DNA of 64,000 nucleotides from assembly GCA_963804955.1 (NCBI GenBank), contig CAWDSQ010000011.1, forward strand, positions 94,399 through 158,398, read 5' to 3'. The stretch comes from an uncultured delta proteobacterium. Lineage in GTDB: Bacteria; Desulfobacterota; WTBG01; CAIYCZ01; CAIRTM01. Positions 9,615 through 18,428 of this stretch are shown here, in pieces. The first letter of the stretch is position 1. Each line of letters opens with the position of its first letter. The translations under genes and the position numbers were made by a program. The notes beneath the pieces are model-generated. The model was not told where the DNA came from and made no database searches. It saw only the letters and a program-made list of their open reading frames with translations.

Positions 9615-9861
9615 AATTATTGTGGATGCTACAGAGATGCTTTTTTTTCGTGCAGCATTTCGTCAGATAAACATGAAAGATATTGCGGATGAAGCAAATG
9701 TTTCGGTTGCAAGTACCTACCGATATTTCGCATCACAGGATGATCTGTTGCTCGCGGTTTTTTTGAAACATATTGATACTGTTGACAAGCTGATTGAAGA
9801 CCTTGTGTCGGCCGCTTCATCATCGCTGACGGATATTCCCTGTATTTATAAAAAGCGATAA
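9604..9861 (+). pseudogene. TetR HTH fragment
   Basis: NMKDIADEANVSVASTYRYFASQDDL; no C-terminal domain. Confidence 0.7.
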
Positions 9862-9933
9862 TTGTTAAACCAAGATTGGCCTTCCTGGAGGCCTTTTTGT
9901 GTTGCATACACAACACACGGTATTTATTCTATA

Positions 9934-9962
9934 TTGACATAAAATATCGCTTTTGTTATATT
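9934..9962 (+). promoter_or_regulatory. Sigma70 promoter
   Basis: TTGACA-17-TATATT with extended TG, upstream of the 10078 gene. Confidence 0.6.
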
Positions 9963-10077
9963 TTTTTCAATCATGGAGTGATTTAATTAATATAATCACT
10001 GCGGGTTTATTCCCAGTCCGCTTGCGGCGGGGTGGTTCATTTATTTTTTTCGAAAAAATGGGATTATAAAAAGATAA

Positions 10078-11529
10078 GTGATGAAAAATTTTAATAAAAT
10101 ACACGCTTATTTTATAAGCAAAATAACTTTTCCCCTGTCTAATTACCTTTATAATAGGAAAAATATTTTAACAAATTATAAAAAATTAATTAAATCAGAA
10201 TATTATACTGAAGAGAGCCTAAGAGCCATTCAATTGAAAAGGCTTAAAAGGACCATAGAATACAGTAACCGGTACGTGCCATATTATCAAAAAAAATTTA
10301 AAGAAATAGGCCTTCAGCCTGAAGATATAAAACAGCTCGAGGATATTAAACTAATTCCACCGCTCAACAGAGAGGAACTTATTGAACATCGTAAAGACAT
10401 GGTTGATAGACGATTCTCCTCTTCAATACCAGTAGCAGATTGTCGTAAAGGAGAACCCGGTGCCCCTATTCCATTTGCGCTTTTTCGAAAGCATAAATTA
10501 GTAAGAGATACATCCAGCGGATCCACGGGAACTCCTAAAATTTTTTATGAAAACGGCTCTAAATCCGCCCTGAACTGGGTATATGAATTGAGGTTGAAAA
10601 ACTGGTATGGCATTCAACAGGGCGCACGAGAAGCCAGAATAGTAAATGTATCGGCAGAGCACATGCCAAATGACAAAATTATGCAATTGAGAAAATTGTT
10701 ATGGAACAATATGATGTTACCGGGCCTCAATTTGAAAGACACGCATTATGAAGTGTGCCTTCAGGGTATAATAAAATTCAGGCCGGAAATCCTTTGGGGT
10801 ATTCCATCAGCTCTTGTCGGTTTAGCCGAATATATCCAAGAAAATAAAAAGGAATTGGGTATGTACCGTCCAAAACTGATTATTGGAAGGGCCGCACCCG
10901 TTTATGATCATGAAGAAAAGTTTCTAAAAAGCGTCTTCAAGTGCCCGGTAGGTGATCTTTACAGTGCAAGGGAAGTAGGTCATATCGCAGCCAAATGTCC
11001 TGAGGGGCAGTTTCATATTAACCAGGAAAATTTGCTCGTTGAAAGTGAAAGAGAATTCATAGGGATGAAGGGTAACGGTCCGGGAGATATTCTGATCACA
11101 ACGCTGTACGAATCACCAATGCCTTTTATGCGCTATCGTCTGGGTGATATTGGAGAAGTTGCATCATCCACATGTTCTTGCGGAAGGACGCTTCAAATAT
11201 TGAAAAACCTTTTGGGCCGAACTGAAGAAATATTTAAAACAAAAGACGGCAGAATGATTTCATCCATTTTTTGGGACCAAACATTCATGCATGATGCTTT
11301 GGCAAGAGCAATTAAAAGGTTTCAAATACTTTATACAAAGGAAAGAAATATATCTATAAAAATCGTCAGAAACGATAATTATTCGCATGAAACAGAAATT
11401 TATTTAAAAAAAGCAATAAAGAAAAACTTTGACCCGGAGACTAAAGTTGAACTTATTTACGTCTCGAATATCAAACCACAGCGCTCAGGAAAATATCAAA
11501 TTGTAAAATGGGAAAAAGACTTCTCATGA
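10078..11529 (+). CDS. Phenylacetate-CoA ligase family (PaaK/CapK-like) adenylate-forming protein
   Basis: TSSGSTGTP, YSAREVG, PFMRYRLGD, GR and SGKYQ motifs; AT-rich. Confidence 0.9.
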   Translation: MMKNFNKIHAYFISKITFPLSNYLYNRKNILTNYKKLIKSEYYTEESLRAIQLKRLKRTIEYSNRYVPYYQKKFKEIGLQPEDIKQLEDIKLIPPLNREELIEHRKDMVDRRFSSSIPVADCRKGEPGAPIPFALFRKHKLVRDTSSGSTGTPKIFYENGSKSALNWVYELRLKNWYGIQQGAREARIVNVSAEHMPNDKIMQLRKLLWNNMMLPGLNLKDTHYEVCLQGIIKFRPEILWGIPSALVGLAEYIQENKKELGMYRPKLIIGRAAPVYDHEEKFLKSVFKCPVGDLYSAREVGHIAAKCPEGQFHINQENLLVESEREFIGMKGNGPGDILITTLYESPMPFMRYRLGDIGEVASSTCSCGRTLQILKNLLGRTEEIFKTKDGRMISSIFWDQTFMHDALARAIKRFQILYTKERNISIKIVRNDNYSHETEIYLKKAIKKNFDPETKVELIYVSNIKPQRSGKYQIVKWEKDFS

Positions 11530-11621
11530 TACTACAGATCTTTTTTTGATATGAGCCTTTGGCGAGCCGGAATAACTGTGGAGGTCCTTTCGAACTCTGC
11601 GTTAAACCAGAGATAATCAGA

Positions 11622-12051
11622 ATGAAACTCAGAAAATATATTTTTTGAGTAAGTATATAAGAATCAGTGTAAGTGATGCTCCCCGCCTACAAGGCGGGGC
11701 ATCCCGGTAGATAAGATTGATTTTTTTGAGACGTGCCGCTTGACCCCGCTTACAAAGCGGGGCTTGCGCGGCACATTCCGATCAAAAGAAGAGATTTAAA
11801 GAATTCAATTCGGCCTTTTGAAATCGATCGTTTCGCATGCGTATGAGACAGTTTCTTGTTATCGGAGATTTTTTCAACACGCAAATATTCTTACCAATGA
11901 AATTAAATCATTGAATGAGCCGAATAAAATTCATGTGACAAGAAAAAAGGATTTGCTGTCTTTGGAGACGAATCAGCTCGTATCTTTATCCTATCAGCAA
12001 AAGGTCAATTGCCGGTTTGGAAAAAGATCGCGGCACCTTTTGGAAAAATGA
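11622..12051 (+). pseudogene. Remnant of a second PaaK/CapK-like gene interrupted by the 114-bp element
   Basis: RRDLKRIQFGLLKSIVSHAYETVSCYRRFF...VTRKKDL is a PaaK N-terminus; ATG at 11622 lies upstream of the insertion. Confidence 0.6.
11672..11785 (-). mobile_element. 114-bp double-hairpin element, copy 2 (inverted)
   Basis: Reverse complement of 8180-8293 with about 3 mismatches. Confidence 0.65.
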
Positions 12052-13268
12052 AAGAACTACCTTCAATTATCTATGATTGGATGCCAAAAGGCGTGAGAAA
12101 TTTTATTTCTCCCGTATTAGAGCCGGCCTATTCCTTCCTGAAAAGATGTGTTTTGTTGGCCGATAAAATTCGATGGCCTGTTTGTGTACTCAGGGGAAAA
12201 GAAAAATGGAGCAATGAGAATCTTACAGTTTTATGTTGTGCCGCAGAACAGATGGTGACCTATCTTTCCAGTATTCTGTATTCGGGGGAACCTGAAAAAG
12301 AAAGTCTTGGGAAGTGTTTTATATGGCAGGTCGAATCCAGATTTAATTCAGAAAAATTTACTGCTGATTTGATTTTTATTGAAACGGACAAAATATTTTC
12401 CCCTTTCCTGAGGCAGCGCGGATTTAAAATCATCCCACAGTGGATTTTATTCATCCTTGAAATTTCAAGGCCATTATCTGAAATTTGGAGAGAGATAAAA
12501 AATAAAAGCCTGTCGGACAACCTGAGAATAGTTCGGAAGTATCAATATGTTTACGAAATGACACGAGATCTTGCAAAATATAATGACTGGTATCGTCAAA
12601 TGTATGTGCCTTATGCACTGGAGCGGTTCGGAGACGCTTCAATGACTTACGGTTTTCGAAAATTAAAGAGAACCTTTGAAAGGGGTCAAATTCTGTTTGT
12701 TAAGAGAGACAATGACCATCTGGCTGGAACCTTAATCGTGACACATGGAAAAGATGCCTGGGTACATTCATTAGGAATAAGAACCGGGAACCACAATTTC
12801 TTAAAACAGGGGGTTGTTTCAGCCTCATATTATTTCACGGTTCTATGGGCAAAAGAAAAAGGATATGAACATATAGACTTTGGCCATTGCCGTCCTTTTC
12901 TTAATGATGGTGTTTTTATTTATAAAAAAAATTGGGGGATGGCGGTTAAGAAAAGTAACCGAATGCAAAGCGTTTTAGGTCTCAAGGTATTCAATCCAAG
13001 TCAAGGTGTAAAAGCTTTTTTAGCAAATAACCCGTTCGTCTTCATTGACCGGGGAAAGATGAAGGGATTTGTTTTAATTCAAAAAAATGATCCGCTTACA
13101 CCTGGAGAGGTTCGATCTCTATTCAAAAAATACTATATTTCCGGTCTCGATTGCCTGATCATTAATTCCCCCCAGGGTTTTACTTCAAGTGCCCGGGAAA
13201 CAGCTGCGATAGAATTCCCCCAAACCCTTTATCTGACAGAAATGGACTTGAAAACGTTTTTCAAGTAA
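12009..13268 (+). CDS. GNAT/FemAB-like acyltransferase-fold protein
   Basis: ASYYFTVLWAKEKGYEHIDFG..RPFLNDGVFIYKKNWG; AT-rich. Confidence 0.65.
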   Translation: MPVWKKIAAPFGKMKELPSIIYDWMPKGVRNFISPVLEPAYSFLKRCVLLADKIRWPVCVLRGKEKWSNENLTVLCCAAEQMVTYLSSILYSGEPEKESLGKCFIWQVESRFNSEKFTADLIFIETDKIFSPFLRQRGFKIIPQWILFILEISRPLSEIWREIKNKSLSDNLRIVRKYQYVYEMTRDLAKYNDWYRQMYVPYALERFGDASMTYGFRKLKRTFERGQILFVKRDNDHLAGTLIVTHGKDAWVHSLGIRTGNHNFLKQGVVSASYYFTVLWAKEKGYEHIDFGHCRPFLNDGVFIYKKNWGMAVKKSNRMQSVLGLKVFNPSQGVKAFLANNPFVFIDRGKMKGFVLIQKNDPLTPGEVRSLFKKYYISGLDCLIINSPQGFTSSARETAAIEFPQTLYLTEMDLKTFFK

Positions 13269-13384
13269 TCGAAATTCGCTGCACAAGCGTAATATGCCCC
13301 TATTTTAAAATGTCCGAATAAAAAGCAGTTAACATGCAGCTGGGGTTAGTCTCTACTTTTAGGTATATACTTTAAGGGGGCTCC

Positions 13385-13613
13385 ATGCATACAGCAAAAC
13401 TTTTTACCAATGGCAAAAGCCGGGCGGTGCGGTTGCCCAGGGAATACAAATTTTCCGGGGCTGAAGTCTATATCAAACGAATTGGCCGCAATGTCCTGCT
13501 CATCCCGAAAGACAATCCCTGGGCATCCCCTGCTGAAAGTCTTGATACATTCTCCAGCGATTTCATAGCAGAGCGGCAGCAACCTCCAGCACAAAGCAGG
13601 GAGGCATATGTAA
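13385..13613 (+). CDS. vapB: VapB (AbrB/MazE-type) antitoxin; stop displaced by a 1-nt indel
   Basis: TAKLFTNGKSRAVRLPREY; out-of-frame TAA at 13611 abuts the vapC GTG; GTATATAC palindrome at 13363-13370. Confidence 0.85.
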
Positions 13614-13946
13614 GTGCACTGCATGCTCGACACCACTATCTGCATCTATCTCATCAAAAAGAAGCTTGCCGAGCTTGAATACGGCGTTGAAAAAAGCGCG
13701 CTGCCCGATAAAAACCGCGATGCCCTGGATACGTTTCTCGCACCGTTTGAGATCATGCCTTTTGATGACCGTGCAGCTCTTGAGCCCGGACGCATTAGAG
13801 CCGGTCTTGAGCGCAAAGGAAAGCTGATTGGCTCCATGGATATGCTGATTGCAGCCCATGCTCAAAGCCTTGGCGTAACGCTTGTCACCAACAATCCAAA
13901 GGAGTTTAAACTGGTGCCGCACCTGCGGGTGGAGAACTGGGTTTAG
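13614..13946 (+). CDS. vapC: VapC PIN toxin with an internal deletion (possibly inactive)
   Basis: MLDTTICIYLIK, LAELEYG, DMLIAAHA and LVTNN motifs; about 20 aa appear missing after IKKK. Confidence 0.8.
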   Translation: MHCMLDTTICIYLIKKKLAELEYGVEKSALPDKNRDALDTFLAPFEIMPFDDRAALEPGRIRAGLERKGKLIGSMDMLIAAHAQSLGVTLVTNNPKEFKLVPHLRVENWV

Positions 13947-14101
13947 ACCTTTACAACCACAATCAAGGGGAAAGCAATTCAACTAATTCAACAACGCCGC
14001 CTTTTCCACCTCTGCAGGTTTTGCTTTTTATGCTATGTATACAGGTACATGCGGGCATCCGCGCACACTTAATCCTTTAGAAGGGGAAAGGAGACAGAAT
14101 C

Positions 14102-15277
14102 GTGGTGTATTACAAAAAAAGTTACCGTGTCGTTTGTATTGCATTGCTGCTGGTTGCAGCAACAGCCGTCGCAGCTCCGGCCGAGACCTACGTATTTGAT
14201 ATAAAGTGGGGCACGAATGGCTCAGGAGATGGGCAGTTCGAGGGGCCCTGGGGCATAGCCCTTGATGCATCGGGCAATGTATTTGTGGCCGATTCGCAAA
14301 ATGATCGCATTCAAAAATTTGACGCCGACGGAACCTTTATTAAGGCATGGGGGTCACAAGGCGCCGATGCGGGAGAATTTCACAATCCGGACGGCATTGC
14401 CGTTGATGCATCGGGCAATGTGTTTGTCGCCGACTGCTTCATCCAGCGGATCCAGAAATTCGACAATGACGGAAACTTCATAACCGAGTGGGGCATTCAG
14501 GGCGACGACAACGGCGAGTTTGAATATCCCGTTGGCGTAGCTGTTGATTCCTCGGGCAATGTATTTGTGGCTGACATGGACAATCACTGCATCCAGAAAT
14601 TCGACAATAACGGCGCGTTTCTAGCCAAATGGGGAGGCATCAAGGGCGCCGGCCAGGGTGAGTTCGATTCCCCGACCGGCGTGGCTGCCGACGCCTCGGG
14701 AAATGTGTACGTGGCCGATAATTTCAACCAGCGCATTCAAAAGTTCGATAATGACGGGGCCTTCATAACTGAATGGGGCGGCGCAGGCGATGGCGATGGG
14801 CAGTTCTACTGGCCCACCGGCGTGGCCGTTGATGCGGCCGCCAATGTCTATGTTGCACAAGGAGGGCTGGGCCTGCTGAAGAAATTTGATACCAATGGAA
14901 ACTTCATCACCAAATGGGCCTCCAACGGCACCGACGACGGCGAACTCTCCAACCCGAATGCGCTGGCCGTGGATGCCGAGGGCCGCGTCTATGTGTGCGA
15001 CCAAGGCAACAGCCGCGTTCAGAGATTTAAGCCCTCCTCAACCGGCGGCTGCGCAGCCGCTTCTCTCTACGGTGACCAGGCCCCGGAGACCGCGCTTTTG
15101 CGAAACTTTCGGGATTCTGTGCTTACAGGCACGGCCGTCGGCCGCAGGGGCATCGCGCTCTACTACCGGTGCAGCCCGGCTATTGTCGAACTCATGCAGC
15201 GCAGCCGGCCTGCACGGGTTGCGGCAAAAACAGTGGCCGATTGCATCGTCGCGGTACTGGGCTGGCGCATGAAATGA
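14102..15277 (+). CDS. Secreted NHL-repeat beta-propeller with a CFI-box-CTERM-like C-terminal domain
   Basis: Signal peptide; six F..P.G.AVD..GNV.VAD..N.RIQKFD repeats; GGC...YG...LRNFRDSVL...GR...LYY..SP tail. Confidence 0.88.
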   Translation: MVYYKKSYRVVCIALLLVAATAVAAPAETYVFDIKWGTNGSGDGQFEGPWGIALDASGNVFVADSQNDRIQKFDADGTFIKAWGSQGADAGEFHNPDGIAVDASGNVFVADCFIQRIQKFDNDGNFITEWGIQGDDNGEFEYPVGVAVDSSGNVFVADMDNHCIQKFDNNGAFLAKWGGIKGAGQGEFDSPTGVAADASGNVYVADNFNQRIQKFDNDGAFITEWGGAGDGDGQFYWPTGVAVDAAANVYVAQGGLGLLKKFDTNGNFITKWASNGTDDGELSNPNALAVDAEGRVYVCDQGNSRVQRFKPSSTGGCAAASLYGDQAPETALLRNFRDSVLTGTAVGRRGIALYYRCSPAIVELMQRSRPARVAAKTVADCIVAVLGWRMK

Positions 15278-15526
15278 CCGTGGCTGCAGCAAACAACAGG
15301 AGCGGATGCGTTGTTCTACGCATCCGCTCTTTTACAAAGCGCATGGATTAATTTTTAGGAAAAAAGATCAATGCGATCCTTAATTCGCCTGTTTTTCGCC
15401 CTCTCAGCGAAAAACAAATAACATTTTTACCTCTGCGGTCTCTGCTCCTCTGCGGTGAATTTTTTCTGCCTTTTGCTCTTCCCTTCCGCTTTTTTATTTT
15501 TGACCCCTGAACCCTGTTTTTTAAAG

Positions 15527-15590
15527 TTTGACAAATATTTTTTATTTTATTACTTATCTTTAAAACCTGCATGCTCTTCTAAGCGGGGGG
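15527..15590 (+). promoter_or_regulatory. Duplicated promoter-like block, copy 2
   Basis: Matches the block at 8322. Confidence 0.5.
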
Positions 15591-15688
15591 AACCAAGCCG
15601 CACGCAATGACCACGCCATTAAAATTTCGGAATATGATAGAAGACTGCCATGAAGGATTCAAAACAAATGGATCGATTCCCTCCTGAC

Positions 15689-15886
15689 TTTATGTTCGTG
15701 TTTACATCGAGTGAATAGGAGTCTTTAAGGCGCCAGTTTGGTACCTTAAGCGCCAGACCAATGATCGCTTCGTAGGGGCGTATGGCATACGCCCAATTTC
15801 CGCTTGATCATCTGCTGGCAGTTGAAGAGCGGCCGAAAAGCAAAATCGGGTTTATTGCAAAAGAAAAACGCGTAGCGTATGCGGTG
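15689..15886 (+). repeat. About 200-bp direct repeat, copy 1
   Basis: Colinear with 18077-18274 at offset 2388; contains a hairpin and a GTAGGGGCG REP-like palindrome. Confidence 0.9.
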
Positions 15887-15994
15887 AAGTAAAAAACAAG
15901 AAGCAGTGTGAGTACGTTTGTGTAGTTTGTCAACAACGCCGCCCCAGTTCCCCGGATGCGGGGACATCTGCAGGCGGAAAAATCAGGAGCGCCT

Positions 15995-16387
15995 ATGAAA
16001 CCAATTATTATCGTCGGCACCGTCATCGTCCACCTGGCACTGATATCCTACGGTATCGGTATTATTTCCGAACAGATCAAGCACCGGGTAACCCGGCCCA
16101 TTCTTATATTTCTCGGATGCGGGCTGTTCTTTGACCTCACCGCAACCGTATGCATGATAATGGGCTCCGGCCGCGGCTTTATTTCACAGCACGGTTTTCT
16201 GGGGTATTCCTGCCTGCTGGCAATGGCGGTTGACTCCGCCCTGGTTTTGCGGCACCGATTAAAATACGGCGATCAGGAAGTGCCCCGGGCTTTGCATGTT
16301 TTGTCGCGGTATGCCTATGTGTTGTGGGTATTGGGCGCATATATAACCGGGGGGCTGCTTGTCTTTTTCAGAATGAGCGCGAGATAG
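15995..16387 (+). CDS. HsmA-like (TIGR03987-type) membrane protein
   Basis: Four TM segments; GLFFDLTATVCM, HGFLG and LW..AYITG motifs; RBS AGGAG. Confidence 0.65.
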   Translation: MKPIIIVGTVIVHLALISYGIGIISEQIKHRVTRPILIFLGCGLFFDLTATVCMIMGSGRGFISQHGFLGYSCLLAMAVDSALVLRHRLKYGDQEVPRALHVLSRYAYVLWVLGAYITGGLLVFFRMSAR

Positions 16388-16593
16388 TCCGTAGGGCGCA
16401 CCCTGCAAACTGCCAAAGAAATACGCGCAAAGTATGCAGCGTAGTCAACAACAGCTTGCATCGCGGGTTGCTTGATTGCGTCCTGAAAGGGCGTAATTAA
16501 AAACACAGAGTGTTTCTGTTGCCTTCTTCAGGGGCCAACGCCAGAGGCCATTGTTTTCTGAAGACAATAAAATGAAATCGGGGGGTTGTGATT

Positions 16594-16797
16594 TTAGAGC
16601 ATTTAACTAAATCTTGTAACCGAAAATCAGAAAACAGTTGAATGCGTTAGCTGTATGACTTCATTACTTGTCATTCCCGCTTGACGGGAATCCTTTTTGG
16701 TGTGCAGAAAAATGATTCCGGGCAAGCCGGAATGACCGAGGACTGTGTTGCTCATCAACTCATGAATATTGGTTAAGTAATTTGTTAAATGCTCTAA
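16594..16797. mobile_element. MITE with 14-bp terminal inverted repeats
   Basis: TTAGAGCATTTAAC...GTTAAATGCTCTAA; internal gtcattcc...ggaatgac palindrome. Confidence 0.7.
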
Positions 16798-16830
16798 TAC
16801 AATCGTCCCTGTTACTGCATAAAAAAGCAC

Positions 16831-16860
16831 TTGCAAAAGGTATCAATTGATACTATATCT
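16831..16860 (+). promoter_or_regulatory. Promoter with operator palindrome for the TA locus
   Basis: TTGCAA then perfect GTATCAATTGATAC at 16840-16853; ATG directly follows with no RBS. Confidence 0.6.
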
Positions 16861-17217
16861 ATGATCAGGCCTTCGCATAAAGAGATACACAATAAAATCA
16901 GTGAAGCAAAAGAGGCTGCGGCAAGGCAGAAGATTGCTATTGTCGAGCCCATGAGTTTTGCTGCCGATGCTCTCGATCTTGATTATCCGGTTGAGTCAAT
17001 TTCAGAAATTCTTCATATCCTTTTGGATGAAATAACACCCGAGCATTATGCCGGGCACCGGCCGCCGCAGCGCTCGTATGAGAGCTGCATACAGGGGGCT
17101 GACCTTTTTGCCTTTCAATGGAAGAGCAGCGTATTGAACGGTGAAATTTATTTTAAATTTGCCCTTAAAGAGGGCTGCCTTTGGCTTGTGTCGTTGCATA
17201 AAAGCCGAAAAAAGTAA
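16861..17217 (+). CDS. MqsR-like type II toxin
   Basis: IYFKFALK...LVSLH C-terminus; sits upstream of an MqsA-like gene. Confidence 0.7.
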   Translation: MIRPSHKEIHNKISEAKEAAARQKIAIVEPMSFAADALDLDYPVESISEILHILLDEITPEHYAGHRPPQRSYESCIQGADLFAFQWKSSVLNGEIYFKFALKEGCLWLVSLHKSRKK

Positions 17218-17229
17218 GGAGCAGGCATC

Positions 17230-18033
17230 ATGAATTGCCCCAATGGACACGGCGTTATGCCGCTGAAAAAAATTGAAAAAAAAATAACGTTTCGCGATGT
17301 TGCTGTATCCATTGCGTCACGGCTGCACGTATGTCCTGTGTGTGAATTGGAAGCGGGCACTGTTGAGCAGACCGCCGGACTGCAGAAGGCCATTGCCGAT
17401 GCCTATCGTAAAAAGGTTGGGCTCCTGACAGGCGATGACATTCGCACTTTGAGAAAGAAAGCACATAGTACCCAGGACGAGCTTGCCGAGCGCATGGGTG
17501 TCGGAATCGCCAGTATAAAACGCTGGGAGGGCAGCCAGATTCAAACAAAATCAATGGATCAGGCGCTGCGGAGAGCTTTGGTTGAATTGAGGCCCGCAAG
17601 CGATCTCAACGGCAACAGAGACTTGTCGATTCCCCGAATAAAGCTTGTGCTGACGCTTTTTGAAACGTGCCTTGGTTTCAGGCTTATCGAGGGAAACGAC
17701 CGGATGCTTTTTGCAGCAAAGTATCTGTGGTATGCGGACATGGCGGCATGCAGGGATTTGGGTGCAAGCATGACCGGGGCAACCTATGCCGCTCTGCCCT
17801 ATGGGCCGCAATTAAACAACTATAAAGACCTGCTGGATTTGATCAAAAAATCCGATACAAAAAAAACCGAGCCCCTTGCTGCGGAAGAACAACAAATTAT
17901 TGCTGCAATCGCCAGGGCCTTCCCCTCAGGCAAAAAGGTCTATAACGCTGCTCACCGGGAAGCAATCTGGAAAAAAACAGCCGTAGGAGCTATTATTCCG
18001 TATTCAGCGGCCTCCGAATTGACTGCGATTTAG
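17230..18033 (+). CDS. MqsA-like antitoxin: Zn ribbon, XRE HTH and DUF4065 (Panacea)-like domain
   Basis: CPNGH...CPVC; LLTGDDIRTLRKK..TQDELA..IKRWE; KYLWYAD...TGATYAALPYGP; H.E..W. Confidence 0.8.
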   Translation: MNCPNGHGVMPLKKIEKKITFRDVAVSIASRLHVCPVCELEAGTVEQTAGLQKAIADAYRKKVGLLTGDDIRTLRKKAHSTQDELAERMGVGIASIKRWEGSQIQTKSMDQALRRALVELRPASDLNGNRDLSIPRIKLVLTLFETCLGFRLIEGNDRMLFAAKYLWYADMAACRDLGASMTGATYAALPYGPQLNNYKDLLDLIKKSDTKKTEPLAAEEQQIIAAIARAFPSGKKVYNAAHREAIWKKTAVGAIIPYSAASELTAI

Positions 18034-18076
18034 CCGGGGGAGAGAGCTAAACCTGTGGCCTGTTGTCCCCGATTAT

Positions 18077-18274
18077 TTTATGTTCGTGTTGACATCGAGT
18101 GAATAGAAGTCTTTAAGGTGCCAGTTTGGTACCTTAAGCGCCAGGCCAATGATCGCTTCGTAGGGGCGTATGGCATACGCCCAATTTCCGCTTGATCATC
18201 TGCCGGCAGTTGATCAACGGCCAAAACGAAAAAGAGGATTCACCGTAAAAGAAAAACGCGCGGCTTATGCGGTG
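18077..18274 (+). repeat. About 200-bp direct repeat, copy 2
   Basis: Matches 15689-15886. Confidence 0.9.
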
Positions 18275-18428
18275 TAATGAAATAAAAATGTGGGGTGAAT
18301 TTTTTATTGAGTAGTTTCCCGATAAATCCAGAAAGACACGTTCCGCTTATTTAAAAATAAAACAGCCGAGGAGTTTTGCATTATTAGGGCTGCTAAAAAA
18401 AGAATGTCTATAATAGAGGCAACTTTAT

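Noticed and set aside
14240..15030. Regular DNA repeats of about 141 bp suggesting an array
   Set aside because: Fully explained by NHL protein repeats.
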